64,000 nucleotides of DNA, taken from assembly GCA_016704325.1 (NCBI GenBank), contig JADJAG010000012.1:105500-169499 (forward strand), in the 5' to 3' direction. Position 1 is the first letter of the stretch; each line of letters opens with the position of its first letter. Source of the stretch: Chitinophagaceae bacterium (GTDB taxonomy: Bacteria > Bacteroidota > Bacteroidia > Chitinophagales > UBA10324). The notes under the pieces were generated by a model. The model made no database searches. It was not told where the DNA came from and saw nothing but the letters and a program-made list of their open reading frames with translations. Both the position numbers and the translations under genes were made by a program. Below, one piece after another: positions 56,505-64,000 of this stretch.

Positions 56505-58595
56505 ATGAAAACGATGATAACAAGAAGTGTAATGGCAGTACTGATACTGTTTACATCCTTTATCAGGTTGAATGCACAAGTAACTTTTGAAAAGACATTT
56601 GACATCAGCGGTGATGATGTGGCAAACGATGTAAGACAAACGAGTGATGGTGGATTTATTATTTGCGGATCAGTTGATTATTCAGCTATGTCGAGTGGAG
56701 ATGTTATACTCATCAGGACAAATGCAAATGGTGACACCTTATGGACTAAAATTTATGGCGGAATAGGTGCTGATGCAGGTAATTCAGTGCTTCAAACCAG
56801 TGATGGGGGATTTATTGTTGCCGGCAGCACCAACAGCTGGGGAGCCGGTTCCACGGATGCCTATCTCATTAAAACAGATGCCTCCGGTAATGTACAATGG
56901 AGCAAAACAATCGGTACACCTTCCGGTGATGCTGCTTATGGTATTATTCAAAAAGCAGATGGTGGCTATGTTTTTTCAGGTTATGAGAATTCTTTCCTGT
57001 TGAATGGACAATCGCATCTGGTAAGTACGGATGCATTAGGAAATGTATTATGGTCGAAAACATATGGCATTTCAACGAGAACAAATTTCAGCTTTGCCCT
57101 GGAATCAACAGATGAAGGTGGTTATGTATTAGGCGGATATGAGAATCAGTTTTTATCTAATAATTATGAATACAGCTTGATTAAAACAGATGCATCCGGA
57201 AATTTAATTTGGTACAAAACAATCGGAGATGTTGATGTAGACAGGAACTTCACCCTGGCACGAAGCAATGACGGCGGTTTTGTTGTGGCAGGTACCAACT
57301 TCACGGTATCAAGCAGTGAGATCAATCTTGTAAAAGTGGATGCCAATGGTGTGGTGGTATGGACAAAAAAATATGGTGGCATTTACAATGAGTTTGCATT
57401 TGCACTTACTGCTATGTCAGATGGTGGTTTTGTTTTTGGAGGATTTTCTGCCAGTTTCTCTCCTAACAATAATAACAACGCCTATTTCGGTAAAACGGAT
57501 GCTGCAGGCAATCTCTTATGGAGTAAGGTGATGGATGGAACAGGATATGATATAATCTATGCCATCAGAGAAGCCAGTGATGGTGGATTGGTTTTGGTAG
57601 GCGTAAAGGATGAAGTAGCAGGTGTCAGCGGCAATTTGTATTTCGCTAAAACAGATGCTGACGGCAATACCGGTTGTAATCTTACGGTTAATTCCATAGT
57701 TTCCATTCCACCAACCATCGTGGGCCCGGTAACTGCCAATGGCACTTCCATTCCAACAGTTACAAACATTACACCCATAGTTTACGGAGGAGCTGACATT
57801 AACACGATTTGTGCTTCCTGCTCCATTACCGCAACTATTACACCTTCCGGAGATGTTTCATTCTGCTCCGGAACTTCACTTACCCTGCTTGCGAATGCCG
57901 GAACCGGTATCAGCTATCAATGGTATAGAAACGGTGCAATTATCACCGGTGCAACTGACCAGGCTTTTACAACCAAGAAGGGTGGAAAATTCAGTGTTAC
58001 AGAATACAGCAGTCTGGGATGCAGTGCCAGTTCAGAAAAAGTAGTTGTTACCAAACTGGAAAGCCCTGTAGCTACGATTACACCATTAGGAGATCTTGAT
58101 ATCTGTGCAACCGGTTTTGTAGACCTCCAGGCAAATGCAGGAATGGGTTACAGTTATCAGTGGCTGAAAGGAAGTAATCTTATTGCCGGTGAAACAAACC
58201 AAATTTATACTGCGACAATAAAAGGAAGTTTTAAAGTATCGGTTAAGGCCGACAATGGTTGTGCAAGCTTGTCGAAAGCAGTAAAGGTTACGAAGTCTTG
58301 TAAGGAATCAGACTTATCGGATATGCAGGCTGAAAGCATTTTGCAGTGTTACCCCAATCCATCCAACGGGCAATTCACCCTGGATGTTAAAATGGACAAT
58401 GGTGTAACCGGCAATGCAACGCTGGAGATTGTGAATGTACTGAATCAGCGTGTTTATGCACAACAGGTTTTTCTGGCAGATGGCATGCTGAATACAGAAG
58501 TTGATGCTGTTTCTTTTTTGGAGGATGGCATTTATTTAGTCAGGTTAACAACCGGTAACCAGGTTTTCTCTGAACGCCTGATGATCGTACGATAA
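56505..58595 (+). CDS. Secreted protein with divergent 'DGG(F/Y)' repeats plus Ig-like domains plus T9SS CTD
   Basis: Starts at MKTMITRSVMAVLILF.. (the track start is GTG 56481). Repeats of ..Q(T/K).DGG(F/Y)(I/V)..G......D..LIKTDA.GN..W.K. Three Ig-like units (YQWYRNG..ITGAT). CTD is CYPNPSNGQFTL...GIYLVRL. Confidence 0.8.
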   Translation: MKTMITRSVMAVLILFTSFIRLNAQVTFEKTFDISGDDVANDVRQTSDGGFIICGSVDYSAMSSGDVILIRTNANGDTLWTKIYGGIGADAGNSVLQTSDGGFIVAGSTNSWGAGSTDAYLIKTDASGNVQWSKTIGTPSGDAAYGIIQKADGGYVFSGYENSFLLNGQSHLVSTDALGNVLWSKTYGISTRTNFSFALESTDEGGYVLGGYENQFLSNNYEYSLIKTDASGNLIWYKTIGDVDVDRNFTLARSNDGGFVVAGTNFTVSSSEINLVKVDANGVVVWTKKYGGIYNEFAFALTAMSDGGFVFGGFSASFSPNNNNNAYFGKTDAAGNLLWSKVMDGTGYDIIYAIREASDGGLVLVGVKDEVAGVSGNLYFAKTDADGNTGCNLTVNSIVSIPPTIVGPVTANGTSIPTVTNITPIVYGGADINTICASCSITATITPSGDVSFCSGTSLTLLANAGTGISYQWYRNGAIITGATDQAFTTKKGGKFSVTEYSSLGCSASSEKVVVTKLESPVATITPLGDLDICATGFVDLQANAGMGYSYQWLKGSNLIAGETNQIYTATIKGSFKVSVKADNGCASLSKAVKVTKSCKESDLSDMQAESILQCYPNPSNGQFTLDVKMDNGVTGNATLEIVNVLNQRVYAQQVFLADGMLNTEVDAVSFLEDGIYLVRLTTGNQVFSERLMIVR

Positions 58596-58619
58596 TTTCT
58601 TAAATAGTATAAGAGGAAC

Positions 58620-58654
58620 ACAGGTGCAGGTAGTTTATCTGCACCTGTTTTTTT
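58620..58654 (+). terminator. Rho-independent terminator
   Basis: acaggtgcag-gtagtttat-ctgcacctgt followed by a T7 run, 25 nt after the stop at 58595. Confidence 0.8.
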
Positions 58655-58961
58655 ACAGGCTAAACTCTGTTTAAATCGGTTCAGCACAATAACCAATATT
58701 GAATGATTTTCTTTAACCAAAGCTGTGTTGGTCAATGATAAATGCGCACGCCCTGTTTTTTCAATCCTGAATATTTACCGTTCAGTAACGATTTCCACCC
58801 ATTGAGTTTATTAGTGGTACTATTTGCATAGTACGAGTGACTATAGTCATTTTATACTGCATTATTTGACAGTTACTTTGGCCTGCGCCTTTTTTGAATT
58901 TTACTTTCTGTAATCTTCTTTTGAACGGCAATTAATTCTTTTAACATTAAAAAAGTAAAAC

Positions 58962-60956
58962 ATGAAAAAGATAATTTTAGGACTTATCAGTATGGTGTTC
59001 ATTGGACTCGCAGCCAGTGCCCAATGGACCATTGATTCAGTAAACACCGTTGGAGTTTATCCTTACAAAGGAACCACTTCCGGTCAGGCCGTTTTCAGTA
59101 ATGGAACAGAATGGAATGTTTTTGATGCAAACACCAATGTGCACACCTTTGGTAACTTATCCATCTCCAGGAATTATGCAGATGTGGTGAGTTATGGTGA
59201 TAAAGTTTATTTCGGCGGTGGAAAGTTTGGAAGCAATGCAGATCCGCAGTACACCAATATGGTTGATGTGTATGATGGCACCACCAATACCTGGTCTACG
59301 CTCACGCTTTCCAAAAAAAGACAAGTGGGAGGAGGAGGCGCTGCAGGGAATAAACTTGTATTTGGAGGAGGCATTGGACGCACAGATATCTCAGGCCCGG
59401 TTTACCTGTATGCTACTGCCGATATTTTTGATATCACTACGGGAGTTCGTACAACAGGTAAACTGTCCAAAGCACGCTCCAATATTTCTGTTGGCGCAGC
59501 CGGAAACAAGATCGTTTTTGCCGGCGGATGGTTCTGGGACATGAGCTACAATATTATTAATTCCAATGCAGTTGATATTTATGATGTCACTACAGGATTA
59601 TGGACCAAAACTACACTTTCGATTAAAAGAGAAAGTATGGCGGTTGCAGTAGTGGGCGATGAAATAATTTTTGCAGGTGGCGCAACCAATAACGGCGGCA
59701 CAGTAAAGAATGTTGACATTTACAATGTGTCAAATGATACCTGGACGACCACTAATCTGCCGACAGCACGTTATGGTCTTAAGGCAGTAGTGGTAGGAAC
59801 CAATGCCTATTTTGCCGGAGGTTTATTTGATGCGATAGAGAATGAAGTAGATATTTATAACACCGCAGCAGATTCGTGGAGTACCATTTATATTCCGGTT
59901 TCGCTCAGTGCATTTTCTATGAGCGTCATCAATGATAAAATTTATTTTGCAGGTGGCTATATTTCCGGAACGAGTACCTATTCCAACCTGGTACAGATTT
60001 ATGATCCTGCTACCTCAACCTGGTCAACGGAGTATTTATCCATTGGCAGAAGAGATGTAGCAGCATTGACTGTTGTAAACAAAGGATATTTTGCCGGAGG
60101 CGTTTATGCTTATGGATATCCTGTTGCACTTACCACCAAACGTGTTGACATACTTTCCACCTCAAGCCCGGTTGCTGATTTTACAGCAAGTGCCACCACA
60201 ATAATTGCAGGTGGTACTGTTGATTTTAGTGATCAGAGTAACAATAACCCGACTTCCTGGATGTGGACATTCGATGGAGGAGTACCCTCCACATCCACTG
60301 TTCAAAATCCAACTGGCATTCAGTATAGCAATGCAGGTATTTTTGATGTGACGTTAGTAGCAACCAATACCGAAGGTTCAAGTACGATTACCAAAACCGG
60401 TTACATCACGGTGAATGCAGCGCCTTGCGCAGTACCTGCCGGTTTAAGTACAACCGGAATAGCTGCTACATCAGCAACATTCAGCTGGGATGCAGTAAGT
60501 GGAGCTACCAAATTCAAGGTTTCCTGGAAAGTGGCCGGAAATAATCCATGGACCACAACCACCACCACTTCCACATCAAAAATGGTAACAGGCCTTTTAG
60601 TTAATACCGCTTACAGCTGGAAAGTGAAAACAGTTTGCAGTAATGGTATTTCATCCGCATTCTCTGCCAATCAGAACTTTACCACTGCTCCTGCAAAGCA
60701 AGGTGACTTTGTTACCTCCGGGCTCGCTGCTTATCCGAATCCGGTAACCGACCAGTTTCGCCTTTCTGTTTCATCATCTATGCAGTTACCGGTTACTTGC
60801 ACCGTCTTTAACATGCAAGGAAGTATTGTAAAGGAATTTGTGTTGAGTGATTATAGCCAGATGGTAAGTGTTTCCGATTGGTCAGCAGGCAACTATTACA
60901 TCAGAATCGTTGATACCCAATTAAACAGTGCAGGATTGAAACTGACAAAACAGTAA
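58962..60956 (+). CDS. Kelch-repeat beta-propeller plus PKD plus FN3 protein with T9SS CTD
   Basis: Signal peptide present. Repeats of V(D/Q)IYD..T..W(S/T)...L...R......(G/N).K..FAGG. PKD region (VADFTAS...VDFSDQS...TFDGG). FN3 region (FSWDAVSGATKFKVSWK). CTD is AYPNPVTDQFRL...GNYYIRI. Confidence 0.8.
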   Translation: MKKIILGLISMVFIGLAASAQWTIDSVNTVGVYPYKGTTSGQAVFSNGTEWNVFDANTNVHTFGNLSISRNYADVVSYGDKVYFGGGKFGSNADPQYTNMVDVYDGTTNTWSTLTLSKKRQVGGGGAAGNKLVFGGGIGRTDISGPVYLYATADIFDITTGVRTTGKLSKARSNISVGAAGNKIVFAGGWFWDMSYNIINSNAVDIYDVTTGLWTKTTLSIKRESMAVAVVGDEIIFAGGATNNGGTVKNVDIYNVSNDTWTTTNLPTARYGLKAVVVGTNAYFAGGLFDAIENEVDIYNTAADSWSTIYIPVSLSAFSMSVINDKIYFAGGYISGTSTYSNLVQIYDPATSTWSTEYLSIGRRDVAALTVVNKGYFAGGVYAYGYPVALTTKRVDILSTSSPVADFTASATTIIAGGTVDFSDQSNNNPTSWMWTFDGGVPSTSTVQNPTGIQYSNAGIFDVTLVATNTEGSSTITKTGYITVNAAPCAVPAGLSTTGIAATSATFSWDAVSGATKFKVSWKVAGNNPWTTTTTTSTSKMVTGLLVNTAYSWKVKTVCSNGISSAFSANQNFTTAPAKQGDFVTSGLAAYPNPVTDQFRLSVSSSMQLPVTCTVFNMQGSIVKEFVLSDYSQMVSVSDWSAGNYYIRIVDTQLNSAGLKLTKQ

Positions 60957-61003
60957 ACTTCTGTACGGATAAACATTATTTGCGATTAGATTTCTGTTTT
61001 TTT

Positions 61004-61034
61004 AGCCGTGTCTTAAAAAAGGCACGGCTTTTTT
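61004..61034 (+). terminator. Rho-independent terminator
   Basis: agccgtg-tcttaaaaaagg-cacggct followed by a T6 run. Confidence 0.75.
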
Positions 61035-61224
61035 AGTTCAATGCATCATCTTTCCGTCAAATGATTTTTTCACCTGCAACAGACCTTTTTATTGGTAGTT
61101 TTAACCAATGTTTTACAGATAACAGGATTCTGTATTTTCTTATAAGGAAACATACAGCCTCCGTACGTTGAAATTGCTTGCTGATCTTTGATTCCTTAAA
61201 ACCTGACCAGTAAATAGTAAAAAC

Positions 61225-62418
61225 ATGTGTATTCGAAAAGCAGGTGCGCTACTTTTTTGTTGTATGGTTTTGCATTTTACGATGTATGCGCAAACCGTCA
61301 AACGGCTGGATAAAAGCAGCATCTCATTCGCAGCATTGGACGATAGCATACAGTCATTAATGAAAGCCGCGAATGTGCAGGGCCTGGCCATCAGCGTTTT
61401 CAATCACAATCAACCCATCTATAAAAAAGCTTTTGGCTATAAACGGTTCGATACGAAAGAACCACTCAAAACAAGTACAAATATTTATGGTGCTTCGTTA
61501 AGCAAAGCAGTATTTGCTGTATTGGTCATGCAATTGGTGGAAGAAGGTATCATTGACCTGGATAAACCATTACAGGATTATTTACCTAAACCTATTTATG
61601 AATACACGCCCTCTAAAAAATGGCATGATGATTACAGCGACTTGCGAAATGATACTTTGTATAGAAAGATTACTGCAAGGATGTGCCTCGATCATACATC
61701 CGGTTTTCCGAATTGGCGCTGGTATGAACCGGATCAAAAGCTCAGGGTGAATTTTACACCGGGATTAAAGTATAGTTATTCCGGAGAAGGGTTGGTATAT
61801 CTGCAGGTGGTGCTTGAATATATGCTGGGCAAAACATTAGAGACCATGATGCAGGAGAAGCTGTTTGTACCGTTGGGGATGAAGCATTCTTCCTATACCT
61901 GGCAACCTGAATTTGAAAGTGATTATGCAATCGGCCATACCACTACCGGTGAGCTGTATGAAAAGGATAAGGATAATGAAGCGCGGTCGGCCAGTACCCT
62001 CGAAACCACAGCCGATGACTACGCACTTTTTGTGGAGGCTGTTTTGAAGAGCAGCTTACTTAAGCCTGCAACAACAAAGGAAATGTTCACCCCGCAGATT
62101 AGGATCCGCACTGTGCAGCAGTTTGGTCCGCTGGAGCTGCGTGACTCCACCTTGAATGATGCAATTGAATTAAGTTATGGCCTGGGTTGGGTATTGTTGC
62201 AGTCGCCCTATGGCACAGGCGCTTTCAAGGAAGGGCATGGCGATGGCTTTCAGCACTATTGCATCCTTTTTCCGGAGAAGAGAATTGCTGTAGTGATGAT
62301 GAGTAACAGCGACAATGCAGAAGGTATATTCAAGCAATTACTGGAACTCACCATTGCTGATACTTTTACTCCTTGGTATTGGGAGAATTATATTCCTTAT
62401 AATGAAAGGGGGAATTGA
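61225..62418 (+). CDS. Serine hydrolase, beta-lactamase (class C/PBP4-like) family
   Basis: SxxK motif YGASLSKAVFA. YSYSGEG (Y-x-N position). C-terminal HGDGFQHY region. Confidence 0.75.
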   Translation: MCIRKAGALLFCCMVLHFTMYAQTVKRLDKSSISFAALDDSIQSLMKAANVQGLAISVFNHNQPIYKKAFGYKRFDTKEPLKTSTNIYGASLSKAVFAVLVMQLVEEGIIDLDKPLQDYLPKPIYEYTPSKKWHDDYSDLRNDTLYRKITARMCLDHTSGFPNWRWYEPDQKLRVNFTPGLKYSYSGEGLVYLQVVLEYMLGKTLETMMQEKLFVPLGMKHSSYTWQPEFESDYAIGHTTTGELYEKDKDNEARSASTLETTADDYALFVEAVLKSSLLKPATTKEMFTPQIRIRTVQQFGPLELRDSTLNDAIELSYGLGWVLLQSPYGTGAFKEGHGDGFQHYCILFPEKRIAVVMMSNSDNAEGIFKQLLELTIADTFTPWYWENYIPYNERGN

Positions 62419-62433
62419 AAAAATGATTGTAAC

Positions 62434-63147
62434 ATGATGAATTTCTTAACCGCCAAATGGCAAAACCTGATCATGGCTAACTATGCTGTTGATCCGGAAG
62501 TATTGAAGGCTTACCTGCCCAAAGGGGTGGAGTTGGATTTCTATGAAGGCAATACCTATGTCAGCCTTGTTGGATTTTTGTTTAAGTCAACGAAGCTATT
62601 CGGAGTGCCTGTTCCCTTCTTTGGCACCTTTGAAGAAGTGAATCTCAGGTTCTACGTAAAACGGAAAGACGGAACTGAATGGAAAAGAGGGGTCGTATTC
62701 ATTAATGAAACCGTTCCACATAAAGCAGTGGCATGGATGGCCAACAGGTTATACAAAGAACACTATACTGCAATTCCGACAAGTCATTCCTGGAAAATTA
62801 CAAATGAAAGCAAGCATATTACATATCAGTGGAAGGTTAAGGGACAATGGAATACGATGGAGGTTACAGCTGAAATAGCAGCACGAAATATGGTTCATGG
62901 TAGTTTTGAGCAATTCATTTTTGAACATTATTATGGATTCACCAGGGTAAGTACAGAAAGAACGGAAGAGTACCGGGTGGAGCACCCTTCCTGGCTGACC
63001 CATGAAGTGAATACATACACGATCCATTGCGATTTCGGAACTTCCTTTGGCAACGACTTTCAATTGCTGAATGATAGCGAACCGCAATCCGTGATGCTGG
63101 CCGCCGGTTCTCCGGTAGGAGTGAAGTGGAAAAGAAAGCGCTTTTGA
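62434..63147 (+). CDS. DUF2071 (YqjF-like) family protein
   Basis: MNFLTAKWQNLIMANYAVDPEVLKAYLPKGVELDFYEGNTYVSLVGFLF. I recall this N-terminal pattern as DUF2071. Confidence 0.7.
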   Translation: MMNFLTAKWQNLIMANYAVDPEVLKAYLPKGVELDFYEGNTYVSLVGFLFKSTKLFGVPVPFFGTFEEVNLRFYVKRKDGTEWKRGVVFINETVPHKAVAWMANRLYKEHYTAIPTSHSWKITNESKHITYQWKVKGQWNTMEVTAEIAARNMVHGSFEQFIFEHYYGFTRVSTERTEEYRVEHPSWLTHEVNTYTIHCDFGTSFGNDFQLLNDSEPQSVMLAAGSPVGVKWKRKRF

Positions 63148-63188
63148 AAATATGCCGGATGCGATGTGATTGCTAACCGAGCTATTTA

Positions 63189-63842
63189 TTACAACTTCCT
63201 TGCATTGAATTCTTTCGTCGTATTGGAATGCGGGTAAGGTTGTTGTGGAACGGGCACCTTTAAAAAGCGGCATAAGGGTTCCCATCCGTCTCTGGCATCA
63301 AAGACGAGCATTTTCTCTTTAGGTATATATTCAAGCACTTTCCTGTTCCATTCATTAAAGGCGATAATGGTTTTCTCTTTATCGGCAAACCCTGCAGGTA
63401 GGAATTGCTTTAGAAATTTTCCGGCGAATTTGAACACCCTGAGTTGTCCACGCATTTTGGCAGAGAAAGGCAGTTGTATTGACATCGCAAGAATCTGTCC
63501 GATGGAAGGCTTCGATTGTTTAATGATGGTATCACCAAAACTCTTATACCAGCTATCCGGATCGCGGGTGGTGTGAATGAATAAGGCTTCAGGATACTGA
63601 AGCATAAGTTCTTTATAAAAAATGAAAGCGGGAATATCTACTGCTGCCTGGTAACCTGAAAATAGTTCATCCCAGTTAACCGCTTTTCCGGCATAGGCAT
63701 CTTCCCAATAGGTGATATCAGACGGATGATTCACGAGTTCTTCCATATGATAACATTTGGAAAAGCCAAGTTCTTCGAGGGCGAGCTTTAAGGAATGTGT
63801 TCCGGTGCGGCCCATGCCGGTGCCTATGATTTTTAGTGCCAT
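63189..63842 (-). CDS. Sulfotransferase family protein
   Basis: From ATG 63842: MALKIIGTGMGRTGTHSLKLALEELGF..CYHM, a PAPS-binding P-loop-like motif of the small soluble sulfotransferase family. Confidence 0.65.
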   Translation of the reverse strand: MALKIIGTGMGRTGTHSLKLALEELGFSKCYHMEELVNHPSDITYWEDAYAGKAVNWDELFSGYQAAVDIPAFIFYKELMLQYPEALFIHTTRDPDSWYKSFGDTIIKQSKPSIGQILAMSIQLPFSAKMRGQLRVFKFAGKFLKQFLPAGFADKEKTIIAFNEWNRKVLEYIPKEKMLVFDARDGWEPLCRFLKVPVPQQPYPHSNTTKEFNARKL

Positions 63843-64000
63843 GTTTGCCAGCAGTATTTGAAATGCAATATATAAATTTGAAATGCATCCTGTTATAGTC
63901 AGTACTTTCTTTTTACCTTTTTGCCAGGAAGCACGACGCATTATTTAAGTACTTATCTGAGGTAAAACCTGAATCCTGTACTAATCACCAATCCATTGGA

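Noticed and set aside
62749-63285. 178-aa minus-strand ORF
   Set aside because: It is antisense to the DUF2071 gene, whose translation I recognise, and overlaps the 3' end of the sulfotransferase gene. No motif.

Overview
This 64-kb window looks like an accessory region of a Bacteroidota-type genome. I infer the taxon from the many T9SS C-terminal sorting domains ((Y/F)PNP...G.Y.(V/I)), the lipoprotein and Sec signal peptides, and TAnnTTTG-like -7 boxes. All family calls come from reading the ORF translations and recalling motifs; no search was run.

Left third (1-20 kb): a LytS-type kinase fragment; T9SS-sorted enzymes (an FG-GAP/UnbV protein, an HKD/PLD-like protein, CxPxR sulfatases, an ASST-type arylsulfotransferase); a DoxX-YHS-AraC cassette bracketed by a duplicated promoter/signal-peptide stub and a 32-nt poly-G run; and a TPR histidine kinase with a NarL/GerE-type response regulator.

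Middle (20-44 kb): a dense array of paralogous secreted repeat proteins. These carry 58-61-aa repeats of the form W(Q/D)K..GG....QT.DGGY..AG.....GD..G..G..D.W.VK.D..G, Kelch-like 'WEYDP' repeats, MopE-like Asp/Cys motifs and T9SS CTDs. Many are interrupted by single-base homopolymer frameshifts. The block also holds orphan CTD fragments and an IS200/RAYT-type Y1 transposase flanked by REP-like hairpins.

Right third (44-64 kb): a minus-strand operon encoding an Rx4H (HEPN-like) protein, a membrane-anchored P-loop STAND-like NTPase with coiled coil and WD40 repeats, an OM beta-barrel protein and two lipoproteins. It is followed by more repeat cargo, a DUF2252 protein, a serine hydrolase, a DUF2071 protein and a sulfotransferase.

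The three most notable observations are:
1. A phased promoter cassette occurs seven times within about 32 kb. It consists of the 16-bp palindrome TCCCTGAATTCAGGGA, exactly 48 nt of partly conserved spacer, and a CATATTTGTA-type box.
2. A family of five small (38-62 aa) hydrophobic peptides sharing the core VELGAWLLS..F......WL....F lies directly behind these cassettes. Most are too short for the ORF track.
3. The same cassette, in the opposite orientation, precedes the HEPN-like/STAND/WD40 envelope operon and a GerE-only regulator gene. This suggests one locally amplified regulon.
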